DNA of 64,000 nt from Chiloscyllium plagiosum (taxonomy: Eukaryota). The notes below the pieces were generated by a model, which saw only the letters and a list, made by a program, of their open reading frames with translations, ran no database searches and was not told the origin of the DNA. The DNA is taken from positions 14,665,951 to 14,729,950 of the forward strand of contig NC_057751.1 in NCBI RefSeq assembly GCF_004010195.1. Direction: 5' to 3'. The translations under genes were made by a program, and so were the position numbers. Every line of letters begins with the position of its first letter. The first letter of the stretch is position 1. This document shows positions 39,418-52,955 of this stretch, piece by piece.

Positions 39418-42400
39418 CAGAGTGGGGGAAGCGATGTCGATCTCCAAACTGCCGGGGATGTGAATGAATCAGACAGGCAGTCCCCGTCCGTCGTCAACCA
39501 GAGCGCTGCAGACGCTGTGTGAGGGAGGGAAGTGGATGAGGCAACTGGAAAGCAGGCAGAGTGCTGACCTTTTGAACCGGGCAGCTGAGTCAATGGTGCT
39601 GTGCAGAGAGGACGATTACCACAATACGGTAAGTACAGTGTCAACAGCTGACATGGAAACCGCTCCCATTTCAAAGAAATAAATGTGGGGGTGAGATGTG
39701 GGGGGGGGGGGGAGCTTTCCACGGATTGAGCAAGCCGTTTGCGTCACCGTCACCTTTGCAGAAGTCTTTCCTCAGTCAGCCCGGCTCCCTTCGCCGGAGA
39801 GATCGAGAACAGCCTTTATCTTGATGGGACGTGACGACGCTCATGGGAGATGGTGTAACTCCCAATGACGTAACCGAATTACAGTACGTGACTGAGACAT
39901 GAGTGAAGGAGAAGGCAACAATATGGAATGAGCATGTTGAAGGGGCGGGGGAGGAGAAAGAGATTCTTCGACATTGCCTCAGAGAGCTGCATTTGGCTAC
40001 CTGTCGTGTGTCGTTGGAAGTCAAGGAGTGCTGCAATCTAACTCCTGAAGTCCAACTGTAAACTGTTGCAGGGGAAATCACCGTCCCTCGGGGTCAGAGG
40101 TGGGGTTCAGCGACTGTACTGTACAAAGAAATCCTGGAGCTCCAGGGAGAGAAAGACACCAACAGGGCAGAGGTCAGCTCTCGACCCGGAGCACATATCA
40201 AGACCCTTTTAGACATTTTGTGATATAATGGGTCAGCCATGAGCTTATAGTCTCTGTAACATGGTTTGTTTATTGAAAACGTTGCAGAATCGTTGATAGT
40301 TTCGATGCAGTCATTGTCAGTTCCAGCGCAGCCTTTGTTAATATCAAAGGTGTTGGCTGGACCCAGACACTTCGGAGGGCAGTGTACGTTACTCTCCCCC
40401 ACCGCCTTAAACTAATCAATGAGGTTGTGAGCACATTGTGCTGGCATTCTGGTGGCCCCAAGCATTATCTGTGTTTGCTCTGCTTTCTCGCTCCAACCGG
40501 CGGCCATCTTGTGTGTCAAGTGGCCAACTGTTGGCTCAGCGGCCATCTTATGTGCCTAGTGTCACCCTGCCATGTGCCATCTCCCACTTCAAAACCTACT
40601 TGTACTTCCTACAAGGTCAATATATCCTTCCTCAGCGTGGTGCCCAGATCTGCTCCCAGTGCTTCCAAGAGCATTCGAATCAGGATTGTGAGCATCGAAA
40701 GAGTCCCTGCTTGTATTCTAGTCCTCTCGACTGGCTTACTTGATTATTTTTGTACCTGTTTATGGCACTTCAAGATTCTGTACAGCTGAACGTTCAGTCT
40801 CTTTGGACATTTTCAATATCAGCTCGGACATTTTTTTTCACTGGAGCATAGGAGGGTGAGGAGGAGCCATATGTAGGTTTAAAAAATAATGAGGGGCATT
40901 GATAAGTTGGATGGCAGGCGTCTTTTCCCTTTGATGGGGGGGGTTTCACGACTCGGGGAGTTACTTTTAAGAGAAGAACATTTTTTAAAAAGACATGACT
41001 GCAATTTCTTTGTGTGTTACCCCCCCACCCCCTCAACTCCCATCGTAATCCTTGGTGTCCCGTCTTCACAAAGTCAAGTTACTGCACACTTCCCCGAACC
41101 GCCTTGACCCACCCCCTCCTCACACAGCCCAGATTGTGGAGGGATGGACACCCCTCTGCCACAATCCAATTTCTGGGGAGGGCGATGGAAGGGGAACACC
41201 TCTCTTTGAGCCCCCGAGGTCTCCAAGAAAAGGCTGTCCAAATCGTCTCCTTCATCCAATCCTGGATGCAGATTCAGTACTGTGGACTCTGCACTCTGCG
41301 ACTTGACCTGGCAGGGTCATCCCAAACGTTGGTTCCTTTTGAGCCCGGCAGTTCCCCGGGGTTGGCCAACACGCCTTGGGCCTGTCTTCAAACTGGGCTG
41401 CAAACTCCACACAGACAGGCGCCCGAGGGCGGAATCGAACCCAGGTACCTGGCGCTGTGAGGCATGCAATGCTAACCACTGAGCCCCCCGTGCTGCCCCA
41501 CTGCTCACAGACTTTGACCCGCACCGTTCTGAAGCAGGGTCACCGCACCCAAAACGTGAGCTCTGCTGCTGCTCGACCTGCTGAGATTGTGTATTCATTT
41601 CTGATTTGCCTGAGACAGTTTCTTGACAGCGATTGGGAGAGAGCTCCGAGTTGCTGTTCTGTTCAGTGTCAGATATTCTGTCCTCAATTTGCCTGCCAGT
41701 CGGTATTAAATTTAATCCAACATTTGTTCAGCCTGTTTGCACCAGGATTTAGATCTAATCAGTGACAGTGACCTATTTGCGTGCTCTCAAATTTAGCAAG
41801 CTTCCAAACAGTTCCTGCAGCGACAATTCCACAGAGTCTTCCAGAGGTTTTCTGCTGGCTCAGATTAGTTAGAAAACAGCGCGATTCCTTCACTGGGGGG
41901 AACAGAGTTCACATTTCAAGATTTTGATTGCCCTCGGAGCTGGGCTAAAGTCGAGACGCGACAGGTTTGAGGAGGGAACAACGGACAGGAGATACCGAGT
42001 GACAAGAGACCAGAGAGCGGAGGTTGGGGGCAAGACAATAGCAAGGTGTGCAGTGAGCCGCAGGGACGCTTGTCTGAAAGGGGGAGAAACAAGAAGCTGA
42101 GCAAAGGAAACAGACGTGAAAATCAGTGTCGAGTCTGAAAGGCTGCTGAGTGGCTGACTGAAGGATGATGGAGCTGCTCCTGAGGCCAATGTTCAGTTTC
42201 ACTGGGATACTGCAGCAGGCTGACGACAGAGGCATGTCAGTGTGAGAGCGAGGCAGAGACTTCAAACCACAGGCCAAGGAGGGCTCAGAATGGGACAAAA
42301 CAAGGGAATGCTCCCTTCAAAGGGGCTCGCGGGCAATCTTTCCCTCACTTGGCTGTGTTTGACACAAGCCCCAGAGCAGGCAAAGCCTGTTCACACAGGG

Positions 42401-44119
42401 GTCAGGAGGTGACAGCGGATTTGAACCAGCTCTCGCCAAACGTGGACTTCAATGTAGGACTGCGAAAGCAAGTCAAACAAGGAGCCCTCTGTCTCTCTCT
42501 GAGGACAAAGCCAATTGTGGAATTCTCAATGTTACCCTCCCCTACTGCTGACTCTCCACAAACCCAGGTTGGCGGGGTGAGGGTCAGACAATCGCTTGTT
42601 CAAACACCAACGCTGCTGAAAGGTGGGGAAATGACCAGTCGAGGTGTGGAATCATTGACTGGTCCCTGAAGCAGCAGCAGCAGAAACAATATTGATTTGA
42701 ACTCTACAGCAAGGTTCGATTGGAGGCCAGGCGCTGCGATTGGCTGCAAGGTGGTCAGCAGAGCTCAGGCATTTGGCATTTACAGCTCAGGCTGACCCCC
42801 TCCACCCAAGCGAGTGGCCCTGAACCCTGACTGAGGGAGGAGGCTTCATTGTCAGCTGCAGACTGCCATGAGGAAAAAGGCTGATTTGGACTCACCACCG
42901 CCAACTTTCCTTCCAATCCCCAAGAGGGCAAACAATTTATTACTCCCAGTCTGAAATATCCCGCACAATGGTGCATGAGGTATAGATTCACCCACCCAAC
43001 CTCTCCTCATGAAGAGACTCCCCCCCCCCCCCCCCCCCCCCCCTCTGCCCCTCCGCTCCCCCCCCCCCCCCATCTCATTCTGAGACTGTGCCTTCCCCCA
43101 CACCCCCATCCCTTAAACTCCAGCCAGGGGTAAACAATCCCTCTCAGTCGACCGCTTCACACGTCTCCCACATTTCACCTCTCACTCTGGCAAACATCAA
43201 ACCCAACTCACTCGGCCTCTCCACGACGACTAAACCCGCACCCCGCATCCCAGACACCAGGCATGACAGTCTTTGCTGCTTCCACTTAACGGCCCTGAAA
43301 GGGACAAGTCTGAAACCTCATGTGGAACACTGCTCCATAAGGAGACAGGACTCGAACTGCAGTCTCACCAAAGCCCCGCACAATTGTCGCAAGACATTTT
43401 CATCCATGTGCTCTCGGCACTTTGCAGTAAAGGTCAGCCCTGATGCGATTTATTACTGCCACATGTTCCCAACTACAGTGAAAAGTTTTGTTTTGCGTGC
43501 AGATCACACTAGACAAAAAAGTGCACGAGGGGAACTGAACCGAGCGAGGAATACAATGTTACTGCTGCAGAAAGCCTGTCACTCGGCTTCTGACTTGCTC
43601 ACTCTATCTTTGTACGACCTGTGAGCTCCTTGCTCGCTCACACCCAAGTCTCTCTAAACACGGACTTTTATACGTTTCAAAAACGTTCTGCATTTCCCAA
43701 AGTCCGTAACCTCACACTTCCCCTTCGGAGACTTGGCACTTTGCTGTCTCCTCGTTGAATCTCGGAGAAAGCGAGGGCTGCAGATGCTGAAGATCAGAGA
43801 GAGTGGTGCTGGAAAAGCACAGCCGGTCAGGCAGCATCTGAGGAGCAGGAGAATCGACGTTGATGAAGAGCTTTTGCCCGAAACATTGATGTTCCTGCTT
43901 CTCGGGTGCTGCCTGACCGGCTGTGCTTTTCCAGCGCCACACTCTCGACTCCTCATGGATTCTGTCGCTATCACTTTGCAGTGTCCTCCTGACGACTTAC
44001 ATATCGATCAAGCTTTGTCCCATCTGCAATCCATCACTGTCTGTTTCAGTGTCAATAGCTGAAGGCCTCCAGCACTGCTGTCCACGAGTATAAGATTATG
44101 AAAGGATTGGACACTCTGG

Positions 44120-44490
44120 CAGCAGGACAGTGGGCATGTGAGCAGGGCGCTGTGTTACAGTGAAGGTTGGGAACATGCTTGCGTACAGACTGGAGGTGTT
44201 CTGTAAAGCAGTCACCCAGTCTGCACTTGGTTTCTCGGATGTAGAATAGGCCACATTGGGACGAAGTATAGGTGAAATGCTGCTTCACCTGGAAAGACTG
44301 TTTAGGCCCTTGGATGGTGAGCAGGAAGCAGGTGAAGGGCTGGTGTTGCATCTTCTGTGGTTACATGGGAAGTGGTGGGGGTTGGGGGGAGGTGTTAATG
44401 GTTGAGGAACATACTTGGGTGTCCCAGAGGGAACAATGCAGACATGGAGAGTGAAGGCAAGGTATGTTTGGTGATGGTGTTCTGCTAGCA
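44120..44490 (-). mobile_element. Penelope-like element, degenerate GIY-YIG endonuclease fragment
   Basis: IQGPKQSFQVKQHFTYTSSQCGLFYIRETKCRLGDCFTEHLQSV; followed at 44493-44590 by an oppositely oriented degenerate hammerhead-bearing terminal repeat. Confidence 0.8.
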
Positions 44491-45785
44491 CTCTGATGAA
44501 GAGTCATTTAGACCTGAAATGTTAGCCCGCTCTCTCTCCATGGATGCCGCCCAGCCGGCTGTGATCCCCAGCATTTTCCGTTCTCAGTAAAGTCTCGTAC
44601 TTCATGATTAAAGGCAATAGAAACTATTCCAGCATCCCATTTACTTAGCTTCTTTACCGTAAGGCACCCAGTAACCTTGCAACATTGGTAAACTGGAACC
44701 AGCAGTCATAGAGCACAGGAACAGGCCCTTTGGCCTACAATGTCTGCTCCATGATGCTGTTTTAAACTAATCCAATCTGCCTGCTCATGGTCTGTATCCC
44801 TCTATTCCTTGCGTGCTTAAATGTCTATCTAAATGTCTTTTAAGAGTTGTATAGAGCTCTCAAAGATAGTGGAATCAAGGGTTATGGAGATAAGGCAGGA
44901 ACAGGATACTGATTAGGAATGATCAGCCATGATTATATTGAATGGCGGTGCAGGCTCGAAGGGCTGAATGGCCTACTTCTGCACCTATTGTCTATTGAGT
45001 TACAGCCTGCCAATGTGAAAGGACCCCATTTATGCCTCCTCTTGGTTTCTTGTCTATTAACCAAAGCTCTATCCATGTTAATATCTCACTCCCCAACTGC
45101 CAGCTTGCATATTACTCTGTTACAGAGTCTCACAGCACAGAAACAGACCCTCTGGTGCAGCCAATCCATGTTCATCATGATCCCAAATTAAACTAGTCCC
45201 ACCTGCCTGCTCCTGGCCCACATCCCACCAAACATTCCTTATTTGCATACTTATCCAAATGTCTCTCCCATGTTCTAACTGTACCCACATCCAGCAGCTC
45301 CTCAGACAGTTGATTCACACATGAACCACTCTCCGAGCAAAGTAAGTCGTGCCCCCCCGTCTTGTTAAAATCACTCTCCTCTTATCTTCAAAATATGCCC
45401 CTTTGTCTTGAAATCCCCCACCCGAGGGAAAAGACACCCACTGCTCGTCTTATTAATGCCCCCTCATGATTTCATAAACTCTACCAAGTCACCCCACAAC
45501 CCCCTAAACCCTAGCCTAACCAGCCTCTCCTTATAACTCAAACCCTTACGTGTGGCACCTTATCAAACATCCTTTTGGATGCCCTGCTTAGGGATAACAC
45601 CCACAAGCTACGACACAATCTCCCTTTGAGTTGGTCTGATCACATTATGATTTCCCCAAATGAATTGTTGAAATTTCCTCCACAACAAATCGATTCTTTC
45701 ACGTCGTACCGGGAATGAAGTTTGCTGCTATTTTCACCAGCCTGGCCAAAACAGAGCAAACGTGGTTGATTCTGAAACCGACGGC

Positions 45786-46095
45786 AGGCACGGTGGCTCA
45801 CTGGCTAGCACTGCTGCCTCACAGCACCAGGGTGCCAGGTCCGATTCCAGCCTCGGGGGGTGACTGTCTGTGTGCAGTTTGTACATTCTCCTGGTGTCTG
45901 CGTGGGTTTCCTCTGGGTGCTCCGGTTTCCTCCCAGAGTCCAAAGACGTGCACGTCGGGTGGATTGGCCATGCTTAAATTGCCCATAGTGTTAGATGCAT
46001 TAGTCAGAGGGAAATGGGTCGGTTACTCTCTGGAGTGTGGACTTGTTGGGCCGAAGGGCCTGTTTCCACACTGTCGGGGAATCTAATCTGAATCT
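45786..46095 (+). mobile_element. HE1-type SINE
   Basis: Same consensus. Confidence 0.88.
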
Positions 46096-46654
46096 AAATC
46101 CCTCAGTTCAAGGGGCAGCACTGATGTCAGGATGTGAGGTGTGATGTCAGGACGACTGGCCCGCAGCACCCCTTTCTCCTATTGCGTTGTCACACTGACC
46201 AATTCCCACACTTATTATTCCGGAATCTGGGGAATGCTGGAAAAAGGCAACCAAACCCGTCTGCTATCTCTGCAATTAGCTCTTTTACCCAGGTAAGATT
46301 GAGGCCATCTGATTTGTGGAATTTCAGTCTCTCAGCTGATCATTGTAACCTCGATTTCCTCACTCCTTTTTAGCAGGAGAGGATGATGTTCCAGTTCTGG
46401 CCTGTCCCTTTGCGAATCACTCCGAAAGCTGGTCAGAAAAGTGACAATTAACTTTTATTAGCTTCCGCTGTAATAAACCCGACGCACTCACTAACAGGAC
46501 ACGTTAGCTTTGGGACAACATGGGGGTTCACAAATCCTGGACGTGCAGACTGATAACAGATTCTGAAAAGAAATTTTCCAAAAAAAAAACACATCATTAG
46601 TTTCTCCTGTTTTTTTCGAGCGTAAACCACCTTGTCCATTCCTGTTGCTCTCAA

Positions 46655-47256
46655 TTTAGATTTAGATTCCCTGTGGTGTGGAAACAGGCCCTTCGGCCCA
46701 ACTAGTCCATACCGACCCTCCGAAGAGTAACCCACCCAGTCCCATTTCCCTCTGACGACTGCACCTAACACCACAGGCAATTTAGCATGGCCAATTCACC
46801 CTGATCTGCACATCTGATTAGATTAGATTAGACTAGATTAGAGTACTTACAGTGTGGAAACAGGCCCTTCGGCCCAACAAGTCCACACCGCCCCGCTGAA
46901 GCGCAACCCACCCATACCCCTACATTTACCCCTTACCTAACACTATGGGCAATTTACCTAACCTGCACATCTTTGGACTGTGGGAGGAAACCGGAGCACC
47001 CGGAGGAAACCCACGCAGACACGGGGAGAACGTGCAAACTCCACACAGCCTGTCGCCTGAGGCGGGAATTGAACCCGGGTCTCTGGCGCTGTGAGGCAGC
47101 AGTGCTAACCACTGTGCCACCGTGCCGCCCACATCTCTGGACTGTGGGAGGAAACCCACCTGACACAGAGAGAATGTGCAAACTCCACACAGGCAGTCGC
47201 CCCGAGGCTGGAATCCAAACTGGGACCCTGGTGCTGTGAGGCAGCAGTGCTAACAC
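46655..47256 (-). mobile_element. Nested HE1-type SINEs (full copy ~46817-47128 inside an older copy)
   Basis: Tail fragment, full copy and head fragment stacked in the same orientation. Confidence 0.85.
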
Positions 47257-47409
47257 GGTCTCCCCATCTCAACCCTGAACCCACCAAACCATGACACCTC
47301 ACAGCAACACAAACTGACCGGCAAGAAATTAGACCCACAGTTTACCAACGAGGAAGTCACAGAAGGCAGCCAGAACTTAAAGAAACTGGCGGGGCCCTGG
47401 AGAATGGGA

Positions 47410-47775
47410 GCATATAGGAGTTGGAAGGTCATGTTGTGGCTGTACGGGACATTGGTTAGGCCACTCCTGGAATACTGCGTAAAATTCTGATCTCCCTGCT
47501 GTAGAAAGGATGTTGTGAAACTTGAAAAGGGTGCAGTAAAGATTTATAAGGATGTTGCCAGGATTGGAGGATTTGAGCTATAGGGAGAGGCTGAACAGGC
47601 TGGGGCTGTTTTCCCTGGAGCGTCGGAGGCTGAGGGGTGACCTTATAGAGGTTTATAAAATCAAGAGGGGGAATGGATGGGGTAAATAGACAAGGTCTTT
47701 TCCCTGGGGTGGGGGAGTCCAGAACTAGAGGGCATAGATTGAGGGTGAGAGGGGAAAGATATGAAGGAGACCTCA
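47410..47775 (+). mobile_element. CR1 fragment immediately 3' of the GINS4 stop (other CR1 pieces at ~44700-45560 and 54665-54965)
   Basis: Matches the 12990-13330 segment. Confidence 0.88.
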
Positions 47776-47856
47776 GAGAATCGAAGGAGGATCTGAGAGC
47801 TGTCGGCCACCCTCAGCATTTCAAATCCATCTGATTTTACCTTTCCTCAGCTCCGG

Positions 47857-47953
47857 TTATATGAGCTGGACCGCTCCACTGGCCACAAGGGGAGCGATGG
47901 TCTTGTATCTCATTAAGTGTTGGGTGCCTTCCTCCAGATCAACAGTGTACTCC
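47857..47953 (-). CDS. GINS4: GINS4 coding exon 7 (terminal)
   Basis: EYTVDLEEGTQHLMRYKTIAPLVASGAVQLI*; seven exons sum to 684 nt = 227 aa + stop. Confidence 0.97.
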
Positions 47954-48442
47954 CTGCGGGGATGCAAACAAAGAAACGTACAGAGGGGCTTGGAGATGGC
48001 AGTGCACCACGACACGATCTCTCGACGCGGGGAACCTTCCCCTTTTACACCTTGAAACCCAAGGGTCAAACAGGAAAATCTGCTCATCTCCAGCGACTTC
48101 ACCCCCAAACCGTCTCATCCCGACATTCCCGCACATCTTGGTCACGGTCACGAGCGGGGAGACACTGGTGCAGCGGGAATGTCTCACCAGAGGCCTGGCT
48201 GTGCGGTCTGGGGACATTCACTGAGCGGGAACCGTGAGCTCCCCTCCCAGCAACAGCGACCGCGAAACTGCTGCCAATAGTTGTAAGAATTGCCCCACCT
48301 CAGGACAGTCCTTTTGAGAAGGAAATCTGCCGTCCTCACGTGGTCTGGCCTCGAACTATTCAAGTCAAGGCGACAGGCAACAAAAGCCCACGCTTGCTGA
48401 GGTGCAAAGGACAGACTCATCCTTCCCCTCCAGTTTCTACTT

Positions 48443-48940
48443 AGAATCATTGAATCCCTACAGTGTGGAAACAGGCCCTTCGGCCCAACCACTCCACACC
48501 GACCCTCTGAACATGAACCTACCCAGGCCCATTCCCTTTATGATCTTATATTTACCCCTGACTAATGGACCTAACCTGTACATCCCTGAGCACTATGGGT
48601 AATTTAGCATGGCCAATCCACCCTAACCTGCACATCCCTGAGCACTATGGGTAATATAGCACGGCCAATCCACCCTAACCTGCACATCCCTGAGCACTAT
48701 GGGTAATTTAGCATGGCCAATTGACCTGACCTGTACATCCCTGAGCACTATGGGTAATTTAGCATGGCCAATTGACCTGACCTGTACATCTTTGGACTGT
48801 GAGAGGAAACCGGAGCACCTGGAGGAAACCCATGCAGACACGGGGAGAATGTGCAAACTCCACACAGACAGTCGCCCGAGGCTGGAATCGAACCCAGGTC
48901 CCTGGCGCTGTGAGGCAGCAGTGCTAACCACTGAGCCACC
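48443..48940 (-). mobile_element. HE1-type SINE with internal ~52-bp segment repeated about four times
   Basis: ACATCCCTGAGCACTATGGGTAATTTAGCATGGCCAAT repeated within 48574-48790. Confidence 0.88.
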
Positions 48941-49883
48941 AGGTGATACCGGGTGAGTGGACAGCAACAGCCCCAGGAATGAATCTCCACACGCGCCCTC
49001 GGTCTGATTCACCGACAGGCTTGGCCAGGAGCATACTGTACTTTTGGTTGGTGTGACATGGTGCATTCTGGGAGGACGAACAAGACAAGGGAGTGCAGGA
49101 TTGACAGCTGGACTGTCAGAAGGAGAGGGGATCAGAGCGGGCTGGATGCAGATGGCCACAGATCGTTGCAGGACAGGTGGTGGATGGGACACTTGCCTTT
49201 GTTAGTTGAGCTGTTAAACGCACGAGCAGGGGCTGTACGTAATGTTAGGGAGGCCGCTAGGTGCAGTGCTGGGCCACGACAATATCGGATAACTGCATCA
49301 GAGAGGAGATTCACCAGGGTGTAGCCTGGGCTGGGGAGCAACTCAATGACGGAGAGAGACTGGGACGGTTCTCCTCAGAGCAGAAGGGTTTGCCTGATCA
49401 GGGTGTCCAAAGTGACAAAGGCTATACACAGAGGGAAAAAAAATTGCATCTAACCTTTGTGGAAGAATTAATGAGCAAGGACTGTAGGTTGGTGGCAGGA
49501 GGTTTAGTGGGGATTTTTTTTTTCATCCAGATGGGAATCTGGAACCCCCTCCTTGGGAGGGTGGGAGAGTCAAGAAGTGACAGAACATGGAAGGAATATT
49601 TCGAGGTGAACTCGGTAGGTCCGAAGGCCGTGGGCCAGGTGCCAGGAAATGGGATGAGGAGGAACGGATGTTTAATGAGCGGTAAAATCAACGAGGTAAA
49701 AACCCAATGGATCCCACGGCCTCTTTCTGTGCTGTCTGACACGATGGGACTGTGCTGCCTGGCACTGAGCAACCACTGTCCAGCCGGTATGGAGGGTATC
49801 TCAGGCACAGAAAGAGCAGGAGGGTCCAGCGCAGCTGCCAGCAAGCCACAGACACCGGGCACATCCAACGCCACTCGCCCTAC

Positions 49884-49974
49884 CTCTGATCCTCAGTCTC
49901 CGGTTCCACCAGGATGTTTTCCTGCCTCTCCTTGACCCGCAGAAAGACAAAGGAATCCAGGTTGGGTCTGGGAA
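49884..49974 (-). CDS. GINS4: GINS4 coding exon 6
   Basis: VPRPNLDSFVFLRVKERQENILVEPETEDQR, AG/GT, phase 1-2. Confidence 0.96.
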
Positions 49975-50695
49975 CTAACGAGAGAAACACCGTCGGATTA
50001 CAAAGTCGCCGAGGGGACTCAAAAACCTCGCCGCGGTGTCTGTTCTTCCGGACATTAACCCAACGGGGTGGGAAGTGAAGTCGTCAGCGTCAACACGAGA
50101 AAAGGCCATCAATCCTGGCTGAGCCGGGGCCTCAACTGCACACCATCCCACAGAGACCAGAATCCCACCCAAGTATCTCAGCCGTCAAGGACACAGAGTG
50201 ACCCACAACCCTCTGGGGGAGAGAAATCCTCAGGTTCAAAGGTCTCCGAGCAAGGACCTCTCTCCTCAGCTCGGTCCCACCCGGTGATCCGCTCGTTGAT
50301 CCCGAGACTGTGCCCCACCCCGTCCTCGATTTCCCCAGCCCCCCCCGGATGAACACTCAACCTCTCAGTGTTCATCCACACACGCAGCCCCTTCACCAGC
50401 TTGTCCATTTCGATGAGATCCCCACCCCTCCATCTCAACCCCAGTGATGACTGATTCCGACTTACTCAACCTCAACCCCTCTGGTCCTGAGGACTGACTC
50501 GGTCCGAGCTCTGCTGGATCACCCCACGCAGCTGGGATACGCTTCCTGACATCCGGACAGCAAAGCTCCAATAGCTTCTCCGACACAGCGCTCACCGCTC
50601 GGAGACGGGAGAGGCGTGGGAAGAGACGGTGGTCTCTTCCCTCGTTCAAAGAGGGTCGATATGGATTCAGGGGCTGGCCAGAGGAACACACTCAC

Positions 50696-50784
50696 CGGCT
50701 TTGGAGAAGTCCAACGCCTGCAGGTTGGGAGGCATGTGTTTCAGGGCCAAGCTCTTCAGGCAGGTCTCGCAGTTGGCCGCGTAC
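50696..50784 (-). CDS. GINS4: GINS4 coding exon 5
   Basis: YAANCETCLKSLALKHMPPNLQALDFSKA, AG/GT, phase 2-1. Confidence 0.96.
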
Positions 50785-52461
50785 CTGTGGGGCAGATCAG
50801 TTCAGTGAGGAAGGAGCAGCCTTCAAGACTCCCGTCCGCGCTCCTGCACCTCTGTCTGCAACCCAGTGGTGGGACATCGTTGCTACCAGCAGCCTGACTG
50901 CATCGCAATGCTAACCTGTCTCCAAGTGCAGTGAACCACAGTCTGTGTGCTGCATCCCCGACAAAGCGACTTCCTCCCCCTGCCCGGCACGTTCAATCAT
51001 TCCCTTCTCTGGATAATTATCCGTCGGAATGCAGATGCCGTTCCGCACCTCCCCCTCATTCAAAACGGTATCGTTGGCTTTTCCGTTCAATTTCAGCGAC
51101 AGGCTCAAAACCTGACCACCGAGGTCCTCTCCCACTCACAGCTCCCGATTTCAGTCACCCCAGGGATTCCTGATGAGGCACCCCAGCGAAGACAGGAAAA
51201 AAAAAAGCAGTTCCTCCCCAGAGGAACCTCGGGCAGTCACGTGGATTTGGAGCAATTTGGAATCCGAACAAAGATGGATGTTCCTGTCCGTGGCAGGAAG
51301 CAGGGAGAAGTCGGCACGCTCAGCCCAGAGTGGGAATGAATACGGATTTTCCCATCGACAGCAGGGAGGGATCGGCACGTGCTGACCCAGAATGGGAATG
51401 AGCAGGGATTTTCGTGCAGAAAGCAGGGAGCAATCAGCACGTTCTGACTGCTCAGTGGCCACAGTTATGAGGGCGTGTACTGTCCCTTTAAGAGAGAGTG
51501 AATTCTGTTCTGAACTGAGAGCTGAGAAGTACCTGTGTGACATGACTGGATGGCAGTCCCACAGTGGACTGGAAAACTGACAACATGTAGCATTTGGCTG
51601 AGAAATGGATACCCGAGCTTTGGTTGCTGTTTTGACATCAATTCCAACTTAACCAGTCGGTTTAAAATATGTCCCAGGATACTAAAACCCAAATGAGTTT
51701 GAATTTATCGTTTTGCCCACAGCGAACCAATGAGATGATCCGATGTCAGGGATATAAAAATGTGGACATTTTGAAAATTGGAGCGAGAGCAAATGCCGTT
51801 CAGACAGGGCGAGCCAACATCTTGTTCCACAACAAATTAGGAAACACTGTCTCTCAAAGGCACCTTTTCATATGAAACAAATCGCAGTAAAAAGAAAGAA
51901 GACGACCCAGGGAGATCTTCAGTCGGAAGACAGAAGACACAGAAAACGACAGCAGCTGTGTGGTTTTGAAATTAAGGTGATATAATTTGAATAAGTGTTT
52001 TACTGGAACAGCAAATTGTTAGAGAGTTGGAGGCAAGTAATAAGCAGTTAAGAGAAAGGGGCGGCTTAGTGTTGTGAATAGATGTTTAATGTTCACTTTT
52101 AGGGTTAAAAAATAAATTGATGTTATTGTAATTCAATAGTGGAATTTGGGAATTCTCTGTCACTCACATTTTAACAGATTACAAGGCAAAGTGAGCTTTT
52201 CAGGATGGTAACAGAGGAATTCTCCACAGACTGGAGAAAACAAATCTGGAACCTTCAGAACAGGTGAAACTCCACAGAAGGCCAGATACCTTTGTTGGAG
52301 CTGGGGTTGAAAGGAGTGAGATTGAATTCATTGCTGACCATTGCTCCCGCACCCACCCCAAACCGATCAACCTCAGTGTCAGTCGCTCCACCCGAAGATC
52401 CCACAGCTGTCGGCCTGTACTTTCGCCCCATCTCTCTCTCTCTTGCTCTCCATGCACTCAC

Positions 52462-52559
52462 TCTTTCGCAAAGGTGTATTCTTGTGGAGACAAATAGGCA
52501 GGCTCTGCCTCAAGACGGGATTTCTCCTTCTCCAGGATGTGAGGGAAAAACTTCTCGAT
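52462..52559 (-). CDS. GINS4: GINS4 coding exon 4
   Basis: IEKFFPHILEKEKSRLEAEPAYLSPQEYTFAK(E), AG/GT, phase 0-2. Confidence 0.96.
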
Positions 52560-52955
52560 CTGAGAATTACAAGAAGGGAAAAAAAAACACCCAGCTGACT
52601 TCCTCTGGACACTTTAAAAATAAGACGCAAACTTTCAGGCAAACGATCCAGGTCCGAATCGAGGGACAGTGATGTTGGTCCTGGACTCGCAATCTGGTTA
52701 ATGTTCTGGAGGTTTGACTGAAATACCACACAGCGGTGGGGAGAATTAATACATTTATCTGAAGTGGGACACAGGTCCCTTCGGACTGTGGTAAAAACAG
52801 GTCCTCTCATGTGCATCAGGGAGGCCATCCTGACCTGGTCTGGCCTAGCTGTGACTCCAGATCCACTTCAATATGGTCAACTCTCCAGGGCTGTCTGAAA
52901 CAGCCAAGTGGGCTGCTCAATTGTGCCCAACTGCTGCACTGTGTGGGGGCCCCGA

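Noticed and set aside
40094..40830. ORFs of 102-135 aa in apparently unique sequence
   Set aside because: No recognisable domain; part of the minus strand resembles an old CR1 fragment
42715..43071. Two ATTGG boxes and long poly-C tracts as a promoter or G4 element
   Set aside because: No associated exon or CpG island; homopolymer C/G tracts are common in this window and error-prone
49261..49935. 224-aa + strand ORF
   Set aside because: Degenerate CR1 3' sequence plus antisense overlap with a GINS4 exon
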